A DNA stretch of 32,095 nucleotides from a virus (IMGVR_UViG_3300032330_001602:1-32095), one strand, 5' to 3'; shown: positions 8,362 through 18,410, counted from the stretch's first letter. Notes: generated from the sequence alone by a model not told the origin. A program made the numbers and translations.

Positions 8362-9009
8362 TTACATTGTTCCTGTATCTACAAAGTTGTTTTTATTAAA
8401 TGCCCAAGCTCTTTCACAACACTGCCAGCATTTTTCACATCTCAATAATTTTGAACCGGTGCAAGTATGTGTGAGATTCATAATTTCAACTAAGTTCATA
8501 TCTTTAACTATTTTTACAGTATCTTCTTTTGTGTAATCCCAAAATATATCAATTAATTTTGGATGCCAAGATTTCTTTCTGATAGGTCCATTGTATGGAG
8601 TTCCGTCTGGTTCACGAAATTTTCCATATTCATAATTAGGTAATAATTCTGGAGGATTTGTAGTTGTTGATGATAAATAAATATCACAATCATAGTTTAA
8701 AACTGCATCTTTCATGCCGCTGGTGACTTGTTTACTATGATGTAATTCACCTGTGCCCACAATATGTATAGTTGATTTTGGTTGATTGAAATGATTATCT
8801 AAGTAATCTACCACACGATTGACATGAACAACCGAATCGTCCGGCCTTGGCACTACAAAAAATACAATCTCATTATTTTTTTGATTTTTGTATTTAAAAT
8901 GTAATAACAGATAGGCCAACAAACTACTATCTAAGCCACCAGAAACCATCAAACCAATTTTATGGTATTTTTCTAATACTTCTTCAACATCAGATAATAT
9001 ATTTTTCAT
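8362..9009 (-). CDS. QueC-like PP-loop ATPase
   Basis: SGGLDS PP-loop and C-terminal THTC-x7-CxxCxxC.ER.WAF Zn motif. ATG at 9009 (track start 9042 overlaps the divergent gene). Confidence 0.7.
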   Translation of the reverse strand: MKNILSDVEEVLEKYHKIGLMVSGGLDSSLLAYLLLHFKYKNQKNNEIVFFVVPRPDDSVVHVNRVVDYLDNHFNQPKSTIHIVGTGELHHSKQVTSGMKDAVLNYDCDIYLSSTTTNPPELLPNYEYGKFREPDGTPYNGPIRKKSWHPKLIDIFWDYTKEDTVKIVKDMNLVEIMNLTHTCTGSKLLRCEKCWQCCERAWAFNKNNFVDTGTM

Positions 9010-9012
9010 AAG

Positions 9013-9019
9013 ATAAATA
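9013..9019 (+). promoter_or_regulatory. T4-type late promoter in a 15-bp divergent gap
   Basis: gATAAATA, 5 nt before ATG 9025. Confidence 0.45.
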
Positions 9020-9024
9020 CGGCC

Positions 9025-9744
9025 ATGAGAACAAAAGAACAAATTGATAACATTAAAAAAAACTTCTCGGATCCATATATAGTTGAGAATTTTTTAACAC
9101 AAAATGATATTAACCATTTGATTGATTTATATGAAAATGGTACACCAGTTCAGCCTAAGGTATATAAAAATACCGGTCCCATTACACTAAACATAACGAA
9201 TTATTTGGATGATAATGTTGTTATGGATATTATTAACAGATTAAAAATAATGATTGGTGATTTTGATATTACTGCAGGCTTTTGGTTTTGGACAGATTAC
9301 CCACATATCATACATAATGATGACTTGTTTCAATTACCAGACACAATGTATAAAGGTATAACAATACCATTAATGTTAGATAGTGATTCTAATAGTAGTG
9401 AATTACCAAAATTGTGTTTTTTTGACCAATGCTATTTTCATGGTCCTAGTAAATTTTTTAATGGTGATACTGAAGTACCCACATTTTATAATAAACAAAT
9501 TTATGAATATAGTGAAGTTGATGGTATATTAGATTATGACGCAATTGATGATAAATTATACCAAGAGTATTTCACACATTTAAAACGAAAATGGTTAAAA
9601 GGATTAAGTTTTAAATCTGCCTTGCCTTGGAAACCAGGTTCGTGTATAATATTTGATAGTGTTCGTTTGCATTGTGCTAGTGATTTCAGAAAATTAGGTT
9701 ATGTGTCTAAAATGGGAATAAGTATATTTACTAAAAGAAAATGA
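9025..9744 (+). CDS. 2OG-Fe(II) dioxygenase-like protein
   Basis: V..FL...D, IHND, W.PGS.IIFD..RLH.ASDF and K.G.SIF. Confidence 0.7.
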   Translation: MRTKEQIDNIKKNFSDPYIVENFLTQNDINHLIDLYENGTPVQPKVYKNTGPITLNITNYLDDNVVMDIINRLKIMIGDFDITAGFWFWTDYPHIIHNDDLFQLPDTMYKGITIPLMLDSDSNSSELPKLCFFDQCYFHGPSKFFNGDTEVPTFYNKQIYEYSEVDGILDYDAIDDKLYQEYFTHLKRKWLKGLSFKSALPWKPGSCIIFDSVRLHCASDFRKLGYVSKMGISIFTKRK

Positions 9745-10262
9745 TAAGAAACGAATTTATCTACGAATTAGATATTGATTTAGACATAGACTACATAACT
9801 AAACTTGTTTTAAAAAAGCAAGATGAAACTGTTCAAGGTAGAGCTGGACATCATAGAATGGTATCAGATGATGCTTATATGTCATCTATTCAAAAAAAAT
9901 ATCCATTATTAAGTCCTGTATATAACATATACCCTTTACCGGCAAACATAGGCATACCGCTACACATTGATACAGACCGAAGTTGTGCTTTTAATATACC
10001 AATTCAAGGTACTGAAGGCACTAATACTATATTTTATGAAGCCGTTGAACCGGTACAAACAGTTTACGACACTAAAAGAATATACGATTTAATCAAATCT
10101 CCTGTGGTAGAAAAATTTCGCCATACCTTACTCCGGCCATTGTTGATTAATAACTCAAAACCACATGAAGTAACAAATAATAAAGATACTATGAGAATAA
10201 CATTGAGTTGGAGTTTAAATAAAGGTGTTACCTTTGAACAAGCAATAGAGTGTTTTAAATGA
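9741..10262 (+). CDS. Cupin/2OG-Fe(II) dioxygenase-like protein
   Basis: PLHID..R..AFNIP, P.LIN...PH.V.N and R..LSW. Confidence 0.7.
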   Translation: MIRNEFIYELDIDLDIDYITKLVLKKQDETVQGRAGHHRMVSDDAYMSSIQKKYPLLSPVYNIYPLPANIGIPLHIDTDRSCAFNIPIQGTEGTNTIFYEAVEPVQTVYDTKRIYDLIKSPVVEKFRHTLLRPLLINNSKPHEVTNNKDTMRITLSWSLNKGVTFEQAIECFK

Positions 10263-10825
10263 ATCCCTATTGTAGTTACTTAAATTTTCCACTCATTAAA
10301 AGAGATTTATCTGAGTATAAGGTAGACAAGAAGGACCGTACAGGTAACTACAGGAACCACACCAGGGGTCCACAAAACATTATGGGTGATGAAATCAACA
10401 TATTGTTATCAAAAGTAGGACTCAGTATTAGGTGGGTCGAAGTATTTTATTTGGGTCCTAACGCAGACCATACTATACATTGTGACGGACATGAATTGGA
10501 TAATAAAGCAAAATTAAATTATATTATTGGTGGTAAAAATAGTATAATGACTTGGTATAAACCAGTAAGTGAAGATAAAATAGAAAAGAGAACAAGTTGG
10601 GCAAATACAATCTATTTAGGTATCAAAACTGAAGATGTTATTGCAACATATAGCACAGCAATGAAAGAAGGTTTTTACTTAGTGAACGTTGGAGAATTTC
10701 ATAATGTTTGGAATAAATACGAGGATAGATACTGTTTGAGTGCCTGTCTAGTGGACACAGAAAAAGATTATAGACTGAATTACAATGAGTTACAAAATAG
10801 ATTAAAGGATTATATTGATGGATGA
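10259..10825 (+). CDS. Cupin/2OG-Fe(II) dioxygenase-like protein
   Basis: IHCDG...KLNY, LVNVG.FHNV.N and R.CLS. Confidence 0.7.
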   Translation: MNPYCSYLNFPLIKRDLSEYKVDKKDRTGNYRNHTRGPQNIMGDEINILLSKVGLSIRWVEVFYLGPNADHTIHCDGHELDNKAKLNYIIGGKNSIMTWYKPVSEDKIEKRTSWANTIYLGIKTEDVIATYSTAMKEGFYLVNVGEFHNVWNKYEDRYCLSACLVDTEKDYRLNYNELQNRLKDYIDG

Positions 10826-11387
10826 ATGTTACATTGAATTACCAATAAATATCTATCCATTGGTAAAACCAGTTGAAGAACTTTTAATTGATATGGATTT
10901 TCCTCTTGTAAGGGGATATCCAAGATTAGATAGCTTGTTGGATATAGAGCTTATTAATCCAGAATTATTAAGTTATTTTAAAGATAGAGATATTAAAATT
11001 CGAGAAAATTTTATATTATGGAAATGGGCTATAAAATCTGCTTTACCTAGATTACCACATACTGACGGCGATTGGCGAAGTGTTGATGCAATAAGAAAAA
11101 GGCCTTGTGGAATAAATTGGAATTTTACACCAGGAACAAGGGTTGAGTTTTATTCTAAAGAAGGTGCAACACCAGTATTTGAAGATAGAGGTAAACACGA
11201 TTTTTCTACAAGTTGGGAAAATTGTAATAAAATTATAGATGTGTGGGATACGGCAGGACCAGTTCTTTTTAATCCACAAGTACCTCATGATATTAAGGCA
11301 AATGATGGTATTAAAAAAAGACTTAGTATAACTTTAAGGTTCTACGAAACCTTTCAATCAATAAAAGGAAAATTAAATGGCAGTTAA
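10818..11387 (+). CDS. Cupin/2OG-Fe(II) dioxygenase-like protein
   Basis: PHTDG...GINW, P.LFN..VPH.I and R.SITLRF. Confidence 0.7.
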   Translation: MDECYIELPINIYPLVKPVEELLIDMDFPLVRGYPRLDSLLDIELINPELLSYFKDRDIKIRENFILWKWAIKSALPRLPHTDGDWRSVDAIRKRPCGINWNFTPGTRVEFYSKEGATPVFEDRGKHDFSTSWENCNKIIDVWDTAGPVLFNPQVPHDIKANDGIKKRLSITLRFYETFQSIKGKLNGS

Positions 11388-11985
11388 TAACAAATATAGA
11401 TTTTTAAATTTACCTGAGGGTTTTTACGATTCAACTGAATTGACACAAAGATTCACGGCGATGGAAAATTTTAATCCAACCGAAGCTGGTCAATGGAGAG
11501 TAGATTCTTCAAAACCTGATGTTTATACTCAAGCTCTTTATGATTGGTTAGATGAACATAATCTTGAAAGTGGTGCCGCAGAAATATTTTTCTTTCCGGC
11601 AAATTCTTTTATAGGATATCATATTGATATAGATAAAAATGGTGTGGTACCTGTTTCTAATTATACCAAAATTGTTTTTTCTTGGGGTGGATTAGAAGGA
11701 CACGAATGGCAATACGCTAATGCAAAAACTGGTGTGGACGTTGAAGTTTCTCCTAACAACTGTGGCAGTCTACACAAGAGATATCATAAAGATGATGTTG
11801 ATGTAACTGATACAATTAATGTAACACAACCACTATTAGCCAATGTTGGAGTAATTCATAGAGCAAGAAATGTTGGTAATGATCCAGTATGGCTCTTGTG
11901 TTTGATTTTAAGAGATAAAACTACACATAAGAGAGTTGATATTGATGATGCATTAACTACATTAAGTGATTATATTGTAAATTGA
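11377..11985 (+). CDS. Cupin/2OG-Fe(II) dioxygenase-like protein
   Basis: YHID...KI.F.WGG, P.L.NVG.IH.A.N. The usual C-terminal Arg is replaced by V (PVWLLCL). Confidence 0.65.
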   Translation: MAVNNKYRFLNLPEGFYDSTELTQRFTAMENFNPTEAGQWRVDSSKPDVYTQALYDWLDEHNLESGAAEIFFFPANSFIGYHIDIDKNGVVPVSNYTKIVFSWGGLEGHEWQYANAKTGVDVEVSPNNCGSLHKRYHKDDVDVTDTINVTQPLLANVGVIHRARNVGNDPVWLLCLILRDKTTHKRVDIDDALTTLSDYIVN

Positions 11986-12869
11986 TAACTTTAACTAAAA
12001 ATAATTATCTTAGAAGAACTGGTACAGGAAAAACATTCAATATTGAAATTGATCCTTTACCAACTAAATTTGATAATCATTTTATAGAAAGTTGTAAAGC
12101 AGCTGAAGAAATTTATTCACTTAAACAAGGAAAATTTCACATATTGTATAGTGGAGGTCTTGATAGTGAACATACTTTAGCTGTATTTTTACATTTAGGT
12201 TTAGATGTTACTCCGGTGATTATACAATTAAATACTGGATACAATAAACATGATATTGATTATGCTTTTCAATATTGTGAATCAAAAAAATTAAAACCTA
12301 AAATAATAGATATCGATTTTGATAATTTCGTTGAGTCTGGCCAAATGTTATCTATTGCCAAAGAAATTAAATCAAAAGTATACCATTTATCAGCAACGGC
12401 TTATGCTACAAGTTTATTGGATGGTACAGTAATACATGGTGACATAGAACCCTATATTAAATTGGTTGATAAAAGATGGTATTATTGCCAATATGAATAT
12501 GATTATGCGAAAAATAATTATTACACACAAAAAGGAATTTATGGTACAACACATTTTGGCTGTTGGACACCAGAAATGACAATTTCTTTTTTATCGGATG
12601 AAAGAATACAGAATTTAGCCAGAAATAAATTTCCAGGTAGATTGGGTTCAGAATCAAGTAAACATTATGTTTACAATAGACATAGCAATTTTAATTTAGT
12701 AGTTAGGCAAAAATATACTGGTTATGAAATTATTGAACAAAGTGAGATATTTAAACACGACTCATTTAAAGAATTAAAAGAATTTGGAAAAACTTATGAT
12801 GGAATATATCTCAAAGATTATTTTGAAATGATGAAAGAAAATGGCTCACCAATTAATGAACATTTATGA
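11982..12869 (+). CDS. PP-loop (adenine nucleotide alpha-hydrolase) protein
   Basis: ILYSGGLDSE, N.HDI.YA..YC and R.KYTGYE; TTG start. Confidence 0.7.
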   Translation: MITLTKNNYLRRTGTGKTFNIEIDPLPTKFDNHFIESCKAAEEIYSLKQGKFHILYSGGLDSEHTLAVFLHLGLDVTPVIIQLNTGYNKHDIDYAFQYCESKKLKPKIIDIDFDNFVESGQMLSIAKEIKSKVYHLSATAYATSLLDGTVIHGDIEPYIKLVDKRWYYCQYEYDYAKNNYYTQKGIYGTTHFGCWTPEMTISFLSDERIQNLARNKFPGRLGSESSKHYVYNRHSNFNLVVRQKYTGYEIIEQSEIFKHDSFKELKEFGKTYDGIYLKDYFEMMKENGSPINEHL

Positions 12870-13392
12870 GATTAATGACCTGAGTAATGATAAGGTTATT
12901 GATATATTAAAATATGGTATCACGATTGAAATGTTGGATAATCCAAAATTACACGAAAATTATCTATACAATTACAAAGGTTACTCTGCTAATTTATTTA
13001 ATCGACTTGAAAAAAATCAATATAAAAAAGGTGCATATTTTATTATAACAGATGCAAATGATAATTATGTAGCTAGTGCGGGTTGTTATGAGTATGACGA
13101 GAATACAGCATTAGTATTAACAAGAATGTTAGTTTCGCCACCATATAGAACAACCTATATAATTGGTGAAAAAGTATTACCAATAATGATTGAACGAACA
13201 CAACAATATAAAAATGTTTGGATAACTTGTAATGATTATAACAAAGCAATATATCATTGGTTTGAAAGAGCAAGCCAAAACAAATCTCCAGCATTATATA
13301 ACAATTGGCCTGAAATTTATAAACAATTTAAACCTATTGGTAAAAAAATGGTAAATAAGATTGAACAATATGTTGTCGCACTGGAAAAATAA
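12856..13392 (+). CDS. GNAT-fold N-acyltransferase-like protein
   Basis: YVASAG......LTRM.V.P.YR (motif A region) and W.T.N.YN. Start is 12856 or 12841. Confidence 0.55.
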   Translation: MNIYEINDLSNDKVIDILKYGITIEMLDNPKLHENYLYNYKGYSANLFNRLEKNQYKKGAYFIITDANDNYVASAGCYEYDENTALVLTRMLVSPPYRTTYIIGEKVLPIMIERTQQYKNVWITCNDYNKAIYHWFERASQNKSPALYNNWPEIYKQFKPIGKKMVNKIEQYVVALEK

Positions 13393-14183
13393 TGTTTAAA
13401 GATATCTCCAAAGCCATCTGGTTCGTTTGGTTACCAATTATTCCTTTAGCCTTGTCTACACTTTATATGTTGACAGTTGGAATCATTCCTCTTTATTATC
13501 TATTTTCAACCTTAATCATGTGGTGCTTGGTGTGTGGATTAGGTGTAGCTGTAGGGTATCATAGAGTGTTTAGTCACAAAACACATCAACTACCAACATA
13601 CAAAGAAAACATTATATTGTTCTTTGCTAGTTTTGCTGGACAAGGTTCTAGTATAGTTTGGTCCGCTCTACACAGAGGTTATCATCATCCTCATGCCGAT
13701 ACGACAAAAGATATTCATAGTCCTGTAGTCTACGGTATATTTGAATCATTTATAGGTTGGTATCGTCATGTTACAGAAAACAATATGATTATTAATGTTA
13801 AATATTCGGTTGACCTGTTGCGTAAGCCAAATCATGTTTGGTTTCATAAACATCAGCTAACTATTTTGTGGGCAGTACCTTTGCTTATATGTTTGTTTGA
13901 TTGGCGTTTAGCATTCTGCGGATTTTTTTTAGTTACGGGTATAAGTTTATTACAAGATAATACAATAAATGTTTTAGGACATTTAAAAGGTATTATTGGT
14001 TACAGAAATTTTCAAACTAAAGATAATAGTCACAATAATCTTGTATTGGGATTTGTAGCTTGGGGCCAAGGTTGGCATAATAATCATCATCACTCACCTG
14101 CAAGTTATGATTTTGGTTCTGGTGTGAGTGGTAAATGGTGGGAATTTGATCCTTGTAGAATATTTTTACCTTTTTTAAAATGA
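13392..14183 (+). CDS. Membrane fatty acid desaturase (delta-9/acyl-CoA type)
   Basis: Three His boxes (HRVFSH, HRGYHH with HAD...D.HSP, GWHNNHH), WEFDP and transmembrane segments. Confidence 0.9.
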   Translation: MFKDISKAIWFVWLPIIPLALSTLYMLTVGIIPLYYLFSTLIMWCLVCGLGVAVGYHRVFSHKTHQLPTYKENIILFFASFAGQGSSIVWSALHRGYHHPHADTTKDIHSPVVYGIFESFIGWYRHVTENNMIINVKYSVDLLRKPNHVWFHKHQLTILWAVPLLICLFDWRLAFCGFFLVTGISLLQDNTINVLGHLKGIIGYRNFQTKDNSHNNLVLGFVAWGQGWHNNHHHSPASYDFGSGVSGKWWEFDPCRIFLPFLK

Positions 14184-14680
14184 TTAAAGAACTAAGAGAC
14201 ATAGATATTTCAAGTTTGTTGGAATGTTATTACAAATTAGAGTCAGAAATAAAATGGACTGAATTTGATATTAAAAGTAAACAAGCTGGAATACAATATA
14301 GAATTGGTGGCGACTATTTTTCTGATGCTGTTGGTTCAGCAATTATTGAAGATATAATTAAATCTCCATGGTCAGAAAATTTAATTAATCCATTATTTAA
14401 AAATACTCCATTTGAAGAAATAATTAAAGAATATGATATGAGAAGAACAAGATTAATGTGGGTGATGCCATTTTCTTGTTATACAATACATAAAGATGTG
14501 GGAGCTCGTATTCATATTCCTTTAATAACTAATCCCGAATGTTATTTTGTTTTTAAAGAATCCGGATTAACTCATTTATCTGCCGGTAAAATATATTGGA
14601 CAGACACTAGAAAATTACACACTTTTATAAATTGTTCAAATGAACCTCGATTACATATTGTTGGATCGGTAACTTATTAA
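14180..14680 (+). CDS. Aspartyl/asparaginyl beta-hydroxylase-like dioxygenase
   Basis: RTRLM...P..CY.IHKD...RIHIPL.TNP, DTRK.HTF.N.S...RLHIV. Confidence 0.8.
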   Translation: MIKELRDIDISSLLECYYKLESEIKWTEFDIKSKQAGIQYRIGGDYFSDAVGSAIIEDIIKSPWSENLINPLFKNTPFEEIIKEYDMRRTRLMWVMPFSCYTIHKDVGARIHIPLITNPECYFVFKESGLTHLSAGKIYWTDTRKLHTFINCSNEPRLHIVGSVTY

Positions 14681-14682
14681 TT

Positions 14683-15834
14683 ATGTTTAAAGAACTTGGT
14701 TATTATACTTGTAAAGGTATTGTGTTTGAAACAAAATTACAAGCAATGCTTTATGCTAATCCAAAAAAAATACCAATCGAATGGCATTTTAATGATGAAA
14801 TATTTAATTCATATGATTGGTCTATAGAACCAACATTAAGTTTGGATGCTTTGTATGACCAACGAGCAAGACAAATACGAGAACAATATGATTATGTTAT
14901 TTTAAGTTATAGTGGAGGTTCAGATAGCAATAACATTTTGGAAAGTTTTATTCGTCAAGGATTAATTATTGATGAAATCATAACAACATGGGCTTTAGAT
15001 GCCAGTTCAAAATATCTTGTATATGATGAAAATGTTAAAGATTCATGGAACAATAATGCAGAATTTCATTTACACACAAAACATAGACTTGAATATATAA
15101 AAAATAATTGTCCAAAAACCAAAATAACTATTTTAGATTCTTCTAAAAATATTATCAATGCTCTATTGAATAACTCTGATGCAAATTGGATTAATGGAAA
15201 AAATGATGTGTTTAATGTTACTGGGGCATTTCAATATAATTTATTATATTTTTCAGAAGTTAGAAAAAAGTTTGATAAACTAGGTCGTGTAGCTTATGTT
15301 ATTGGTGTTGATAAACCTCGTATTATAGTTAAAGATGAAAATACTTATATGTATTTTACTGACAAAGCTTCAAGTATTACACCGATTAAAGAAAGTATAA
15401 TTGAGTATTCAAATATAACTCCTGTATTATTTTATTGGTCACCAGATTGTTGTGATTTACTTTGTAAACAAGCTCACACAATTTATAAGTATCTTAAAAC
15501 TAATTCAGTTGCAAAAAAAATATGGGAATCTAAAGATATAAAAACAATTAGAGCTACTCAAGAAGGTATAATAAGAAATGTTATATATTCAAATTGGGAT
15601 AATAATTGGTTTCAAGTTGAAAAAGCACCAAGTGATTGGTATTGTGAATTAGATTATTGGTTTACAAAAGGATGGTCAGGAACAAAAGAACATTCTATTT
15701 GGTTAGATGGATTAAAAAATTTAACACCAAGAATATCTAATTTTTTACATTATAATACAGATGGTACAATTTATGGAACAAGGACTTGCTTAAGTAAATT
15801 ACATTACATTGGTTCTTTTGGAGAAAATTTATGA
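14683..15834 (+). CDS. PP-loop ATPase-like protein (long form)
   Basis: RARQIR..YDY..LSYSGGSDS.NIL, G.DKP and FYW.P......KQ.H. Confidence 0.7.
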   Translation: MFKELGYYTCKGIVFETKLQAMLYANPKKIPIEWHFNDEIFNSYDWSIEPTLSLDALYDQRARQIREQYDYVILSYSGGSDSNNILESFIRQGLIIDEIITTWALDASSKYLVYDENVKDSWNNNAEFHLHTKHRLEYIKNNCPKTKITILDSSKNIINALLNNSDANWINGKNDVFNVTGAFQYNLLYFSEVRKKFDKLGRVAYVIGVDKPRIIVKDENTYMYFTDKASSITPIKESIIEYSNITPVLFYWSPDCCDLLCKQAHTIYKYLKTNSVAKKIWESKDIKTIRATQEGIIRNVIYSNWDNNWFQVEKAPSDWYCELDYWFTKGWSGTKEHSIWLDGLKNLTPRISNFLHYNTDGTIYGTRTCLSKLHYIGSFGENL

Positions 15835-16613
15835 AAAAACACGTTGAAATTATTGATAATGTTATCTCATTGGATGAACGAGAAAAAATTTGGAATTACA
15901 TAGGTAATCAAACTTGGCGAGCTATGCATGAAAAAAAATCTCCAGATACAGTATTTTTTAAACCAAATATTGATGGTTGGGATTATTGTGAAAAAAATAT
16001 TAAACCGAATAAGTATGGTTGTGGAACTCCACGTGCACCATTGGCAAGAAGTGAATCTGAATTAATAGAAAAACATAAATTAATACATGACTTTTGGTTA
16101 AAAATTAATGAAGCATTAGGTAACAAATATGAATTAAATGGATGTCCAGAAGGAATGGGACCAACTGATTATTATCCTGAATGGAAAATAAAAGAAGGAG
16201 ACCCTTCATTACCTTCTTGGATTGTTTTTGTAAATGGCAGACCAAATGAATGGGTGCACCGATCCTACGGAGTACATAGAGATAATCCAGATTTAAATGA
16301 AGAAGGTGCATTTAATATTTTATATTGCGCTAATCTAGAATGGTACCCAACTTGGTCAGGTGAACTTGTTTTTTATTCTGAGGATCCTGAAGGTAACTCC
16401 GGCGACACACAACAATTTCAAAGAGAAGCTAATAATCAAAATAGAGGTTTTAATGTTGGATGGCCAAGTGATATAGTGGCTAATGTACCTGGTCGTATTG
16501 TGATTTATGATTCAAGAACATTACATAATACAAGACCTCCATCAACCGTATCTCAATGTATGCGGGTCACACTTGCTTTTAGAGCTCGTTTGAAAAATGA
16601 ATATACTAGTTAA
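15831..16613 (+). CDS. 2OG-Fe(II) dioxygenase (prolyl-hydroxylase-like)
   Basis: IIDN.I, VHRD, LY..N..W...W.GE..FY, PGR...YD.R..H...P and R.TLAF. Confidence 0.85.
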   Translation: MKKHVEIIDNVISLDEREKIWNYIGNQTWRAMHEKKSPDTVFFKPNIDGWDYCEKNIKPNKYGCGTPRAPLARSESELIEKHKLIHDFWLKINEALGNKYELNGCPEGMGPTDYYPEWKIKEGDPSLPSWIVFVNGRPNEWVHRSYGVHRDNPDLNEEGAFNILYCANLEWYPTWSGELVFYSEDPEGNSGDTQQFQREANNQNRGFNVGWPSDIVANVPGRIVIYDSRTLHNTRPPSTVSQCMRVTLAFRARLKNEYTS

Positions 16614-17319
16614 TGGTTCTTGTTTTAATCGTGGAGGAACTCATGGTGAATCATTTGGTTGGGCAGATTTAATAGATAAATCAAAATATAAAATTGACAA
16701 TTTCAGTTTGCGTGGTGCAGGATACACATATACTTTAGAAACAACAGTAAATATTTTAAGTAAACAAAAATATGATGCTGTTATAATTGTTTGGCCACAA
16801 TTATATAAAACTGATATAAGAATTTCTAATTCAGAAAATTTTCCACTAAAAGAAAAAACATCAGATTATGTCAGTAAACAAACTGAACGAGCTAGTAATA
16901 TTGCCGGCATTAAAAATGTCGACCATAGAAAATTTGAAAAAAATTGGGTTTTTAATAATACTGCCACATTACATAGTGAACCACATCCAGAATGGTTTAA
17001 ATTTTTAAATCATATTGATTATAAAACTATGGCGGAATCCAATCTTTTAAAAGTTTATATACTACAACAATTTTTAAAGTCTTTAAACATTCCATTTTTA
17101 TTTTATTTTGGAAAACGAAGCATTCTCGCTTTAAATTATCAAAAAGAAAATCAATTATTTGATGAATCTGTTGTTGATATGAAAAATAATTTTGTAAATG
17201 TTTGTAGAAATTTTAAATCTTTTGATAGAAAAAATTGGAGAGCAGGCCTTCGAGGGCATGATGCATTTTCAAAAATTGTACAACCCCGATTAGATGAATT
17301 ATTAGAACATAGAATCTAA
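16597..17319 (+). CDS. SGNH/GDSL hydrolase-like protein (divergent)
   Basis: ILVNGSCF..G, W, N.S..GAG, V...W and LQ.FL....IP.L. The C-terminal D-H-P..GH block is altered to NWRAGLRGH. Confidence 0.5.
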   Translation: MNILVNGSCFNRGGTHGESFGWADLIDKSKYKIDNFSLRGAGYTYTLETTVNILSKQKYDAVIIVWPQLYKTDIRISNSENFPLKEKTSDYVSKQTERASNIAGIKNVDHRKFEKNWVFNNTATLHSEPHPEWFKFLNHIDYKTMAESNLLKVYILQQFLKSLNIPFLFYFGKRSILALNYQKENQLFDESVVDMKNNFVNVCRNFKSFDRKNWRAGLRGHDAFSKIVQPRLDELLEHRI

Positions 17320-18381
17320 TAGTGTTCTTGATATTTTACCTGTAGTGTTTTTTGGAATTAAATCAACCTGTTTAATTAATACCGGCCGGCAATTTTTACC
17401 AAAAGATTCAAATGATGTTTGTAATTTTTCTTTTGATATATCTCCAACATATAAACATTTTATTGAAGTAGAACCAAATATAGCAATCTCAGTTATTTCA
17501 GGAAATATATTTGATATTTGTTGTTCTAAACTTAAAGGATTAAATTTATATCCTTTAATATTAATCTGGTCACGACTTCTACCTAGTATTTTAAAATAAC
17601 CAAATTCATCTTGTTGTACCAAATCTCCTGTATCAAACCAATCATTGGTAAAAACACTAGGTCCACGAATTAGTAAATGTCCATTATTTACTTTTGCCTC
17701 AATCCCGTCAGGTAGTCCTACAGTTCCCATACGTTGTTCACCATATAAAGGATTAGTAAAACAATGACTCAAGGCTTCTGTCATTCCAAATGCTTCAATA
17801 ACAGGAACTTTAAATTTTTCTTTTAATTTAATATAGGTGCGGTCTGGCATACTAGCACTAGCACTACGAATAAAACGAAGGTTATCAAACTTTAAAAATG
17901 TTGCCGTACTTAATACATCAGGTATTGCTGTCAAAAATGTTGGTTGATTTTTAGGCCAAGATTTAATATCTTTAACTGAAATAAAATTAGTTTCACATTG
18001 AGCATATTTTGTAGCCCAATAAAATCCTTGTCCATGAGCGTGCCACAATCCCATTATACCTGTGTATCTATCGTTTGATGTTATGTCATAACTATCACAA
18101 ATTGTTTTGGCTAAATGGTCAATTTGATTTTGTGTAAATCCATAAAATTTACTATCACCTGTAGTGCCCGAAGTATACCATAAAACTCTTTCATTGGGGT
18201 AATCGTTACCGTTTCTATATTGGATATTTGTATCAGTAATTAATATACTCCAATCGGCTTGACTTAATAGGTAGTTTAATCTATCCTGAGTGCTGTCAGG
18301 ATTAACAATCATTATGCTATAGTCATCAAGTTGTGGAATAATTAAATGTGGATCTTTAACACATACCACGGCACGTTTCAT
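17302..18381 (-). CDS. Short adenylate-forming enzyme (acyl-CoA synthetase/AMP-binding family)
   Basis: YTSGTTGDSK, EAFGMTE, WFDTGDL, GRS.DQIN..G and P.N.TGKI.R. Confidence 0.9.
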   Translation of the reverse strand: MKRAVVCVKDPHLIIPQLDDYSIMIVNPDSTQDRLNYLLSQADWSILITDTNIQYRNGNDYPNERVLWYTSGTTGDSKFYGFTQNQIDHLAKTICDSYDITSNDRYTGIMGLWHAHGQGFYWATKYAQCETNFISVKDIKSWPKNQPTFLTAIPDVLSTATFLKFDNLRFIRSASASMPDRTYIKLKEKFKVPVIEAFGMTEALSHCFTNPLYGEQRMGTVGLPDGIEAKVNNGHLLIRGPSVFTNDWFDTGDLVQQDEFGYFKILGRSRDQINIKGYKFNPLSLEQQISNIFPEITEIAIFGSTSIKCLYVGDISKEKLQTSFESFGKNCRPVLIKQVDLIPKNTTGKISRTLLDSMF

Positions 18382-18410
18382 AATGTATCACCTATATAAT
18401 TGTTTGATAA

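Noticed and set aside
8362-9009. Complete 7-deazaguanine DNA modification system
   Set aside because: No folE, queD, queE or dpdA in the window; only a QueC-like fold.
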